From contig CAJFCJ010000053.1 in the NCBI GenBank assembly GCA_904063045.1, positions 30,885-94,884 on the forward strand: 64,000 bases of DNA, given 5' to 3'. Positions 21,976-33,932 of the stretch are shown here, in pieces; within the stretch, counting starts at the first letter, position 1; each line of letters starts with the position of its first letter. A model generated the notes under the pieces. The model was given only the letters and a program-made list of their open reading frames with translations. It was not told the DNA's origin and searched no databases. The position numbers and the translations under genes were made by a program. This DNA comes from Dimorphilus gyrociliatus. Lineage: Eukaryota > Animalia > Annelida.

Positions 21976-24900
21976 TTTTTGGCTTGAGCCTATAGGTATA
22001 GTTTGATTTTTTAACTGTTGTTAAAAAAAATTAGAAAGAAATAGCAAAAACAGTTGAAAACTGTTTTAAAATGTATTTGTTTTTCCTTTGTATGTTTTTA
22101 ATTTTAGTTTAAAGACATTTCTTTTTTTCTAATTTTTATATAGCTTCTTCTTAAATAAAACATTTTTTAAACAAAAAATATTAAAACTTTTCTTTCAATT
22201 AACTTTTACAATTTTGATTCATTTTAATTTGATATAGCCTCATTCTGTCATTAATTTTACTTCAAATTTCATCAAAATCAGCCAGGCAGTGCTGAGATAT
22301 AGATTCTTATAAATGTTCTATTTTAACACTGTTATTGGCTTACATCAATCAAAAATATTTGTCATAAAAAAATCAAATTTGTTAATATTTAAGTTAGAGC
22401 TTTCAAATTTGGTGCATATACTAATATCACTACGCCAATCTCAAATCTTTTTACAGAATTCAGTTATCTCTTACAGTTCCAGAGTTATGGCACCATCAAA
22501 TTATGCTTGTTATTTCTTACATATAGGCCTATAGGAAATATTCATCATGGCTGGACTAACTCTGTTGTTAATTAAGTTACATGTTTGTAATTCTGCATTT
22601 AGAATAGTATGATAATGCCAATCATAAAAACACAATTCTTTTAAATATATATATAATAAAAAAATTGATGTATATAGCTTACATTTAAATATTCAGTTAT
22701 AGTCCTTTTTCTTACCATCAAGAAGTTGAAGAATAAAATATTCCTAAACCTATAAATGTACAGAAAATATATATTGTCTTTTATTTTGATTGAAGAGCAT
22801 TTAGATTAGGTATTCCAATTTTGAATTTTTTTACAAAATTTAACAATCTATTATGGTTTTTCAGCAAGGGTCAGTTAATGTCATCTACATTTTCCTTATA
22901 AAGTTAGAGTTATATACAGTATATTCTATTTGAATTCAATTATCTTTTGTAGTTTTTGAGCTACAGTGCTTCAAACTTTAATATATTTCCCTTTTATAAT
23001 TCACTAAAAAAGTTGATATTTTTCAAGTGGGATTTATTTAAATAAGGTTATGATCACATTTTTATTTCTTATTATTTCTTCTAAAAAGTTTTTTCCTTAA
23101 AGTTTAATCTTACATTACAACTCAGTGAAAATTTTTCATTATAGAGCTGTAAAGTTTTTTTTACCTAAAACAAAAGTTAGCTAATACAATATTAATGTAT
23201 TGAATAGGTTTTATATGTTACTTTCCTCTTTCTCAAATATATATATATAATTGATTTCATTAAACATTGGAGAGATATATAAAGAATACTTTTATCAATT
23301 TAACCACAGCAAACCAAATGCTACAATTCAAGATTCCTTTTAAAAGTATATAAAAATATTCAAAAGAATGATTTCCATCAGAACCAATAGAAAAAGTTTT
23401 GGGAAGAAGAGGTGTATAAGAAAAGGATTGAGACAATAAGAAAAATAAACATGGTAAACAAGAAAACAAGAAAAAGGAACAGGAGAAACAGAAGGAAAAC
23501 AAGAAGAGAAACAAACTCACCAAAAGGATGAGCAAGCAGAAAAGCAGAGATGAAGAAAGTGTTATTTATTTTAAAGAAATAGATATTAAAAAAAATGATA
23601 AAAATATATATTAACCAAGAAATTTGATTCAAACATTTGGTAAAAAATTATTAAACTGAGAAGAATTGATCACTCTTACAAATAACTTTTGTTTTTGGCT
23701 AAAATTCATAAAAAAATATTAATTATAGTAAAGAATGAAAAGTAATTATTATAAATTTAATACCAACAGCAAGACAGAATTGTAAAGTTATATTATATTA
23801 TATATTTACTTTAAATTTCAATTTTGCCTTAAACTTTAATATATTTTCTTTATACAATTCATCACATTTCTATTAATATTTTTGGAATAAGAAATATTTA
23901 TGTATTATGCAGAACATCCCTCTAATTGTTATTATTTTTTCCTGACAATAATTTTAGTTCAAATTTGATCAAAATCGGCCCAGTAGTTGCTGAGATATGG
24001 ATTATAAGAAACATTATATATCAACTCTATTAAAAGCTTATATAAACAAAAATATTCGACGTTCAAAAAAACTAAATTTGTTAATATAAAAGTCAGAGCT
24101 CTGAAATTTTGTACATATACTAATATTAATACACCGAATCCAAATCTTTTTACAAAATTCAATAATCTCTTTTGGTTTGGGAGCTACATTGACTTGAAGT
24201 TTAATGCATTTTCTTTATATAATTCATTGTCATAATTAATATTTTTTAATTGACAAATATTAATTGAATGTATGGAATGTCTTTATAAATGTTTGTATTA
24301 TTTTCTAACAATGATTTTGGTCCAAATTTCATCAAAATCGGCCCAGTAGTTGCTGAGATATGGATTATAAGGAACATTATATATAAGCTCTGTTAAAAGT
24401 CTATATAAACAATAATATTCGACGTTCAAAAAAACTAAATTTCTTATTATTAAAGTTAGAGCTCTGAAATTTTGTACATATACTAATATTGATATACCAT
24501 TTATAAATCTTTTTACAGAATTCAATTATCTTTTATAGTTTGGGAGCTACGTTACGTTAAAGTTTGTATTAGAAGACTTTTTTTTTAAAAAAAAAGAAAA
24601 AAAAATTTTTCATCATGAGTGATGTCTTAAAAAAAAAGAACGGCGGTGGTGTCTGTTAATTAGTTTCAATATTACGAACTCAATATTATTTGGTCAGTCT
24701 GCCTACACCCCTACACATCAAATGTAAGTAAAATTGTTAAATTACCCTGATTAATATCTGTTTTTGTAATTAATTTTTGTTGTATTTTATCTATTAAAAT
24801 ATGTAGAATTTTATCTGTTGCTTTTTAATTATTTTATTCAATTACTTTACTTTAAATCCCATTAATTTCTGCCAAAAGACATAAGTTACTTTTGAACACT

Positions 24901-25493
24901 ACATTAAATGTAAGCCTATAATCATATTTTCGTCACAAAATTCAATTATCTCTTTTGGTTCAAAAGTTATCGCAACTTTATTTTTTCGTCGATACTTTGT
25001 ATTTAGGCCTTAAAAAATATTCGTCATCTGAAAACTAACTTTCTTATTAGTTAGCTTAGAGCTTTGAAACTTGGTATATAGACTAATTTTGGTATGCCGA
25101 TCTCAAATCTGCTTACAGAATCCAAATATCAGTTACCGTTTTTGAGCTATTTACAATTAAATTGTTTTACAGTTTGCTGTTATAAATATTTTTATTGTTA
25201 TGATATTGTTGTGTTCAAAAGTTAATTGTTATGAATGTAAGAGTGTTTGAATTGTATATTGGAGTTTTAGTGTGCTTTTTAATAATTTGATTGTAATTAT
25301 CTGTTTTTAATTGAGATAAAGCTTTGTTGTTTGGTAGATAGATTAATACTTTGATTATAAATTTCTGTAGTAACTACATTGATTTATTCAACTCCAACAG
25401 TTCTAAAATTTAAGTAACACTTGGAACAAAAGTGATTAATTTAGTATTAATCTATTGAATTGTGTTTGAAAGATTTTTTCTTCTTTTCTAGAG

Positions 25494-26690
25494 ATGCATA
25501 GTTGGTTGAGCTACCCAAAGGAAAAGCAAATCAGCCCAACATTTATTAATTTCAGTAGAGCAAACCTGATGCTACAGTTAAAATATATTTTTAGAGTATA
25601 TAAAAATTATGTAAACAACAATTTTGCTAAAACTTTTGTACCTTTTCTGATGAATCACTTTTTAACAATGTCTTTACTTGGTGATGAAAAGCTGGAAGAA
25701 GAAAAAGAATTATTAGATGGATTCAATTTAATTGTACAGAATTTTCAAGAAGAATTAACAAAGTTATTAAAGAGATATTATGAAAAGAAAATGAACTTGA
25801 AACATTATTTTTATTTGAAACCATTGCTTCAAGCAATGGAAAATTGGCAAGAAATAGAAAAGTTACTACATTTTTTTAAAATTAAAATTTTTGGGCCTGA
25901 ATCAACTGAAATAATAGCTGATGAGCTTTGTGGAGAAATAAAAAATATTTTTTATGACAATGAGCAGGAAAATCAGGAAGAACAAAATTCTGTGTTAATT
26001 AGCCAAGAGCAAGAAGAGGAACACCATCCTGAGGAACAAGTGTCAGTAGAACAAGAGTCTTCTCAGCAACAGCATCCTGAGGAACAACTGGCAGTAGAAC
26101 AAGACTCTTCTCAGCAACAGCATCCTGAGGAACAACTGGCAGTAGAACAAGAGTCTTCTCAGGAACCAGAAGAAATACAACAAGATCATGCTGAAGAATA
26201 TGAGGAAGATGAAGAACCTGTTGAGGAAGAAGAGGATGAACAAGAAGATGTAGAAGAATTTTACTATCATGAGCAGATGATGGAAGTAGAAAGAGAGGAA
26301 ATTGATAAGAGTGAACCACAAAATAATATACAACAAAGTGATACAAACAATGAAATGTACAAAGTGATCAAAGAGAGAAATGAAGAATTTTTTTTACTAA
26401 AAAACATGTGTTATCTCACAAAAATGTACAATTATTATATCAATGGGGGAAATGCAGAATCACAAAAACTCATTTTAAAATCTCTAATACCTGACCTTCA
26501 ACCAACTGCTAAAATTATTTTTGTTAGCAATTATTTTATAAATTTAACCAAAAAAGAATTTGATATCATTTTAAAGAATTTGGAGGTAAAGGATATGCAA
26601 TTTATTCTTTTTAAAAAGTTATCTTTGAAAAGAATAGAAAATATTTTAATCAACTGGCACCTGGAAAAAAAGTTATTATTTTTGTTGTGA
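25494..26690 (+). CDS. Intronless Glu/Gln-rich protein of unknown function with 16-aa repeats
   Basis: 398 open codons; three HPEEQxxVEQxSSQ repeats; decayed paralog near 23270-23700. Confidence 0.6.
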   Translation: MHSWLSYPKEKQISPTFINFSRANLMLQLKYIFRVYKNYVNNNFAKTFVPFLMNHFLTMSLLGDEKLEEEKELLDGFNLIVQNFQEELTKLLKRYYEKKMNLKHYFYLKPLLQAMENWQEIEKLLHFFKIKIFGPESTEIIADELCGEIKNIFYDNEQENQEEQNSVLISQEQEEEHHPEEQVSVEQESSQQQHPEEQLAVEQDSSQQQHPEEQLAVEQESSQEPEEIQQDHAEEYEEDEEPVEEEEDEQEDVEEFYYHEQMMEVEREEIDKSEPQNNIQQSDTNNEMYKVIKERNEEFFLLKNMCYLTKMYNYYINGGNAESQKLILKSLIPDLQPTAKIIFVSNYFINLTKKEFDIILKNLEVKDMQFILFKKLSLKRIENILINWHLEKKLLFLL

Positions 26691-27764
26691 AAAAATATCC
26701 TAAAAATCTGGATTCAACTGGAATTTTTGAAAAATACCAAGAAATAACCAACAAGGTATTTCTTCAAAAGAATTTTCTTCCTTATAAAATGGAAAGCCTT
26801 TTTAAAATTGCTAGATTCAATTTTATAGATTTCACCTTTAAAAATTATAAAAAAGAGCAAACTTGTCTCTTAAAATTCATGAAAAAATTTTTAAAACAAT
26901 TGTATAGACAATAACTTTATTCATTTCTCTTACTTTTATATGTTTTTAATACTAGATTATAGAGATTTCTTTTTTTTTTCCAATTTATATTACTTTTTTC
27001 TTTTTAATACAAATTGCTTTTAAAACAAAAATTACCCAGCCTTTATTCATTTTTTCATTTTAATTTACAATACTTTAATATATTCTTATTCTGCCAATAA
27101 TTTTGCTTCAAATTTGATCAAAATCAGTGCAGTAGTTGCTGAGCTATGATTTTCTTTCAACATTGTAATTTAACACTTTTTTTGGTATATATATACAACA
27201 AAAATATTCGTCATAAAAAAATCAATTTGTTAATATTTAAGTTAGAGCTTTCAAATTTGGTGCATATACTAATATCACTACGCCAATCTCAAATCTTTTT
27301 ACAGAATTCAGTTATCTCTTACTGTTCCAGAGTTATGGCGCCTTCAAAATTTGTTTATTATTTCTTACATATAAGCAGCCAATAGAAAATATTTGTCAGG
27401 GATGAATTAAATCTCTTAGGAATTAACATACATCTTTGTTATTCTGTACATAGAATAATATTACTACACTGTTCATAAATCTTTTTACAGAATTCAAGTA
27501 TCTCTTATAGTTTGAGAGCTACATTTTCTTAATATTTAATGCATATTCCTTATATAATTCATTATAATAATTAATGTTTTTTAAATGACAAATACTTAAT
27601 TAATGTACTGAATGTCTTTCTAATTGTACATATTTTTTTCTGACAATAATTATGGTTCAAATTTGATCAAAATCGGCCCAGTAGTTGCTGAGATATGCAT
27701 TCTTTTGAATGTTGTACTTTAACACTGTTACAGGCTAATATAGATAAAAAAATATTTGTCATAA

Positions 27765-28701
27765 TGTACTTTGTTGTATTGTAATTGTAGGAAGTCCTAG
27801 CTCGTCACTATCAAATTCGTCCTCTCCAATCATTTACCAATGTGCCAAAGTACTGGTCCAAATAGAACCTTTCAAGTTCGTCCACAAGTAGTCTTAATAA
27901 ATGTAATTCCAGTAAAAAATTAACCAACAAACACCAGTATTTCATTCAAAGAATATGTATTTGAGTAAATGAGTTTCTAGTTCTAAACAAGCAAGTTTGA
28001 ACAACTAGCTGACGGTTAGAAAACTGAACTATCAACTGTTAATTTTGTAGGGTTTATATACTCTTTTAAGGGTTGATAGTTCACAAATTTCAATGTTCAC
28101 AAAAACAAAAGTAACATTTGAAGACAAAGAAAAGTTCTAAATATGGTCATGTTTTTATTTGTTTTCCTCTTCTAAATAATAGTTGAATTTCTCAGGTTGG
28201 AGAGTTGCATAAGATGTAACAATTTTAGTAGGACAAGTCCAACAATCAAGAAAACATGTAGATTGTATATTTGACCGTTTTTATATTCTACCTTAATAAT
28301 GATATTCAATTGATTGAGTTAGTAAATTTAGCATCAGCATATAAGGAGGAAGTATATCTGATTAATGCATGTTAAAAAGAACAGTATTGTGTATACAATA
28401 CTGTTGAATAGTGAATATAATCTAACCTTAGAATTTAAGCATAATTGATAATTAATTGAACTAGTTTTAGTTCGAAATCATAAATTTATGGATTAATAAA
28501 TTGTAATATTAATGCTAGGTTGCAAATAGCAAATATTCTTTATATAATTCAATAGGTTTTATTACTGCATAATGTGTATGCACTGCCCTATGCGAAACTA
28601 GGTCACTACTGCTTATCTTTATCAGTGCTATCTGCATAGTACAATACTGGTTCAATACTACTTCTCTATTGTAGAATATAGCTGACGAATGTATGTGTAC
28701 A
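27765..28701 (+). mobile_element. Solo LTR, family B (937 bp)
   Basis: TGTAC...GTACA termini and 5-bp TSD CATAA; it interrupts a satellite unit. Confidence 0.95.
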
Positions 28702-30588
28702 CATAAAAAAATTAAATTTGTTAATTTTTAAGATAGAGCTTTCAAATTTGGTACATAAGCTAATATTCTTACACCATTCTCAAATCTTTTCACAGAATTC
28801 AATTATCTCTTATGGTTTCCTAGCTAGGTTACCTTGAAGTTTAGTAGCATCTTCCTTATATAATTCATTATATAATTTTTTTTTTTAAAATGGAAAATAT
28901 TGTGTTTGTGTAACTAATATATTTCTAATTATCCATGTCTTCTTCTGCCAATAATTTTACTTCAAATTTCGTCAAAATCTGCCAGGTAGTTGCTGAGATA
29001 TGGATCTTTTTTAATGTTATGTTTAAACTCAGTTGTATGACATAAAAATAAAACATTTGCCAAAAAAAACTAGATTTGTTATCAATTATGATAGAGCTTT
29101 GAAATTTTGTACATATACTAATATAGGTATTCTAATCTCAAATCTTTTTACAGAATTTTGTTATCTCTTATAGTTTTTGAGCTACGTTGCCTTGAAGTTT
29201 AGTGCATCTCTTTTATGTAATTCATTAAATAATTTATTTTTTTATATAAGTTACTTTTGAACAGTACATTAAATGTCAGCCTATAATCATATTTTCGTCA
29301 CAAAATTTTTATTCTGTTATTGATTAAGTTAAAGCTTTCAAATTCTGTACATAGATTGATATTATTACGCCTATATCAAATCTTTTTACAGAACTCAATT
29401 ATCTTTTATGGTTCAAAAGATATGGCGCTGTCAAGTTTTATTCATTATTCTTTATTTGTGAGCTTTATGAAATATTCGTCAGGGTTAAACTAACTCTGTT
29501 ATTAATAATCATAAAGCTTTCAAAGTTGGTACATAGATTAATATTAGTGGGCCTATTATAAATCCTTTTACAGAATCCAAATATCTCTTTTAGCTCAAAA
29601 GTTATGGCAACTTTATATTTTAATTGATACTTTGTATATAGACCTACAAAAAACATTTGTCATCTGAAATCTAACTTTGTTATTACTTAACTTAGAGCTT
29701 TGAAACTTGGTATATTGACTATTTTTGGTTTGCCAATCTCAAATCTGCTTACAGAATCCAAATATCAGTTACTATTAGAAGTTAAGGTGTTTTACAGTTT
29801 GCTATTATAAGGAAATTAGAAACAATTCCAACAGAGTGTTTATGTAGAAAAATTTTCTACCTACCAGAATGGAAAGTACATTTAAAATAGCCAAACTGCA
29901 GTTTATTGACTAATTGTTGTTAATTAAGATAGAGATTTGAAATTCAGTACATACACTAATACTATAATGCTGATATCAAGTTACAACAAACTCTTATCTC
30001 TCTTTAACATGTTTGTAGAACTTTCTCACACTCAGATTTAATTTGATTATCAGTGATTTTAAAGTTTACTAACTAACTTCATGTTTCCACATTGGTGTTA
30101 TATAATTTTATCTAGGCCAGATTAGCTTATGGCATGTTCCCACAGGATTTTCCATGTGTCTTATATATATTATAAATGTTTTTTTCACAGAAATCATTTA
30201 TAGTTTGAAGATTAAGGAGTCAACATCACCTTAAAAATAGCTGGTCTTATGAACAACTTCTACAATTCCTTTCAAAATATACATCCTTCAATGATATAAT
30301 GGTATGTAGATATGTCATTGAACAGGAAAGTGTGTTATATATATTTTGAATGTTTTATTCACATGGTTCATATTTAGTTTGAAGAATAAGGAGTCAAAAT
30401 CACATTTAAAATACCCAGTTAAATGAACATCCCCTACAATTGCTGATGATTTTAAAATGGTATGTACAAATTCTGATATACAGTATCATAATACATAGCA
30501 CTTTCAATATGATATATATTAAAAAAAAACCTGAAGAAGTGAATTCCCTATTGGAATCCTTCAACCTCTCTGTAGGTGTAGGTTAATA

Positions 30589-30645
30589 GACCCTGATGAG
30601 TCCTTGGTCATAAAAATAGAGAGGAGGATGAAACCGTGGTAGGTC
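30589..30645 (+). ncRNA. Type I hammerhead ribozyme (family H), copy 1
   Basis: GACC-CTGATGA-GTCCT..AGGAT-GAAA-CCGTGG-TA-GGTC. Confidence 0.88.
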
Positions 30646-32824
30646 AAGTAGGTAGGAAAAAAATTTAAGAAAAAAATTTTTTGAAAATTTTTTGAAAAAA
30701 TTTTTTCTGTTGGAAATTGTTTTAAATGTCGATTTTGGTGTATTTTTTCTTTGACTGCTTCCCAAAATCAACTGGGACTCTTGAAATGTGAGAATCCTGT
30801 TTCTCTTTTTTGATTTAGTCAAAAAAAAACCCTTTGCAAACCCCAACAAGTAAAGAGAATGTGGAATGAGAGGAACTAATACATAAACCTTAATCAATGA
30901 CTAAAAACAAAACTTTTTCCATAAGATTGACTTTTTTCAATTCAAAATTAAATTTTTTGACTTTAGCTTTCAAAATTTTTTCTTTTTACTTTAAAAAAGA
31001 GATAAAGATTCTTTAATATGTACCTGTGGTGTAATTAACATTTTTGGTAAATTGCTAGAGTTTGTTGTGTTGATAATGTCTTGCTGTTAAAACCAAATGA
31101 TGAAATTCTTTAAAGTCAGTATACACTTATGGTGATTTTAAATTTCTGATGGTAGTAGTAATATATCTTTGTACTTTTTTGATTACTTTTGTAAAAGCTT
31201 GTATAGTTTTGTACATTTTTGTATTTTTTTAAAATATTGCTTAAAATAAGTTGTTGATGTTTTTATCATGGTGATTTTAAATTTTCTCATTGTTTTAGCT
31301 TGAGTATGAGTTTTTGCTTGAGTATGAGTTTTAGTCTGAGTTTGAGTTTGTTTTTGAGTTTGATTGTGAGTTTAAATTAAAATTTGAGTTTAATTTGTGT
31401 ATTAAACTGGTTTTAATTTAATGTAAATATGGTTAGTAGTTTACATATTTCTTTGTGATCTTTATAAATGTTTCTATATTCTTCCCAAATCTTTTACAAT
31501 TCTAAAATTTATAAAAATCCCCTATTGTAGTATATATTTTTATTAGATTGAATATATAGTTTGTAGAGAACATTTTAAATATTCTCAGTAACTAACCTTT
31601 GTCCTTAAGCTGAAATTTAAAAAAATACTTTACTTATCAATCTACTTCCAGTATAAACACCACCATATTTTACATTAAAACATTTCACCAATTTTAATAT
31701 CACTCACTTCAAAAACTCACATATATTCTCTTAATTTTTTTTCCAATCCATTCATTAGCCAAAACAATGAATCATAACTGGCTCAAACAAATGAATGTTG
31801 GAAAAAGACTCTTTCAACTACTAATACCATAAATTGTAATCTTAATTCACTACATGGAATAATCCTTCCATTCCAGTAACAAACATAAATCATAAATCAA
31901 TAAAGGAATTAGGAATTAAACCTCTCTATTCAGCATACAAAACACTCTTCCCAATCCATTCATTAGCCAAATCAAACTATCTGGAATTAACTAAATGAAT
32001 GTTGGCAAGAAACTTTTACAAACAAAAACAGATTAACTAAGGCTTTCACACATTTACTTACAAATAATTTATTTAACCCACTTTCCAATCCATTCATTAG
32101 CCAGAACAACCTATCACTTGGCAAAGTAAATGAATGTTGGAAAATATAATACAAGAAAAACAGTTTAGTCTTCAAACAATATTATTTAATAATTTTCAAA
32201 TTAACAATCCTCTATTCTTTAGCCATAAAATTAAATTAACCATACTTTCTCCATAATACAACATATGTATCACACTTCATTCATTTACACTCACTTATTT
32301 TATATACTTTCAATTAATTAACCAATTCCTTTACACATACTTAATTCATCAACTAGCCATAAATAATAATACAATTCATACTTTTATTTTTTTTCACTTT
32401 TTCAATTTTGAATTTTTACTTTTATTTAAACTTTTATTGTTATTCCAATCCTGGTTTCTACTATTTACCCAACTTATTTTATTTTATTCTATATCACTTT
32501 TCTCATTTTTTAGGTCTGCAATTTTTGTTTTTTCTGTCTTTGCTGTTTTCCAAACTGCCAGTATATATATCCCCTCAATTTACTGTTATTTATTCCTTAC
32601 ACTTTGATTCAAGGCCACAGATGCTTTCTTTAATAACTTGTTAATTTAAAAAGTGTTAAACTATTTTGGTTTCTTATTCTTATTTTTTATTTTTAATTAT
32701 TTTTCAATTTAATTCCAAAATTTACCTCACAAGAATCTTTATCAACAAACAAATAAATAAATCAAAAATCTGGAGAGAAACTTCTTATTAAGATTCTCAA
32801 ACCTCTCTTTCATGCAGCTTAGTA

Positions 32825-32885
32825 GACCCTGAAGAGTCCCAGGTTTAATAATTTAGTAGAGAGGGGGACGAAACCACGGTAGGTC
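32825..32885 (+). ncRNA. Type I hammerhead ribozyme (family H), copy 2
   Basis: GACC-CTGAAGA-GTCCC..GGGAC-GAAA-CCACGG-TA-GGTC. Confidence 0.9.
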
Positions 32886-33199
32886 AAGTAGGTAGGAAAA
32901 AAATTTAAGAAAAAAATTTTTTGAAAATTTTTTGAAAAAATTTTTTCTGTTGGAAATTGTTTTAAATGTCGATTTTGGTGTATTTTTTCTTTGACTGCTT
33001 CCCAAAATCAACTGGGACTCTTGAAATGTGAGAATCCTGTTTCTCTTTTTTGATTTAGTCAAAAAAAAACCCTTTGCAAAACACAAAAGAAAAAATAGAC
33101 CTGAGGAACCTAATAGCTTGAGATTTATTATTAAACAAATGTTTTCACCAGAAATTTTCTTGAAAGTTGATATTTTTGAAAAACAAACAAGAGTGGTAA

Positions 33200-33821
33200 T
33201 GTACTGCTCTTGCTGGCAAAATCTATGCGTTTGCAAGTTATAACAATACTGGTTCTACTCGAACCTTTAAACAAATGTTTAAATTAAAATGGTTTATTCG
33301 CAATAATAATACTTAAGCAAGTAACAATATGAGAGTTCGATAGCAGAGTAGATAGTTTGTAATAGCAGGTTGCCAAATTACCAAACTGTCTTCCAATGTT
33401 GAGGAGTAGATGGATGGTTCCAGTGGAGGTTGTTTCCAGATGATTTTCCCAGGTCCTTGGGTCCAGATGGAAGCTGCATGCCAAATGAGAATAATGAGGA
33501 TTTATATACTTTGAGGTTTGTCTCTGACATCCAATCATCACTTTACAGTTGCCGAAATGTGTAGTTCATATTTATCTTTAGTAACAGGATGTTACAAGGT
33601 TACAAGGTTCAACATTTAACTTGGCCACACCCTAGGCAAGTTAATTAAATTATAACTTGGCCAAACCTTTATTGGTAATTAAAGATGACCTTCAAGCTGA
33701 CTAATCAGACTTATGTTTGGCCAATGTTATAGCATTTTCTTGCGTAGGTTTTAAGATGTACATGTATATGTTGCATAAAATAATAGAGTTCAAGCATGTA
33801 AAATATAACCAAAGTTGTACA
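33200..33821 (-). repeat. 3' LTR (family A, 622 bp)
   Basis: TGTAC...GTACA termini; matches 41852-41989 plus 42931-43427. Confidence 0.93.
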
Positions 33822-33836
33822 ACTTCCCCCTTCTTT
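33822..33836 (-). promoter_or_regulatory. Polypurine tract
   Basis: AAAGAAGGGGGAAGT on the minus strand abuts the 3' LTR. Confidence 0.88.
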
Positions 33837-33932
33837 GTGAAGATGAGTCCCTTCATCTTGATTTAATGAGAATTACAGGTGGTTGTTCTTCTTCATTAGT
33901 TTGATGTTGACTAAAGCTACAACTTTGTTTCA

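Larger units (their letters stand above)
22200..30000 (+). repeat. Degenerate satellite-like array (~180-bp subunits, ~360-bp higher-order unit) with internal segmental duplications
   Basis: Recurring AGAGCTTTCAAATTTGGT.CATA..CTAATAT and TCAAATTT.ATCAAAATCGGCCCAGTAGTTGCTGAGAT; 22330-22530 matches 27170-27380; 24860-25170 matches 29235-29800. Confidence 0.85.
30560..33080 (+). mobile_element. 2.24-kb unit flanked by HHR-containing direct repeats (retrozyme- or pLTR-like)
   Basis: 30641-30840 is essentially identical to 32881-33080; the GUA sites are 2240 nt apart; no long ORF inside. Confidence 0.8.

Noticed and set aside
22313-29656. Short ORFs within the satellite (22313, 23959, 24298, 27146, 29465)
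   Set aside because: They are translations of the repeat unit with inconsistent strand and frame.
31741-32143. SECIS interpretation of the triple hairpin
   Set aside because: I could not place the AUGA/GA quartet and apical AA at the required spacing on either strand, and no UGA-containing ORF is adjacent.
33284-33541. 85-aa ORF in the LTR (also 42739-43134)
   Set aside because: It lies within LTR sequence, starts at a non-ATG codon and has no recognisable domain.
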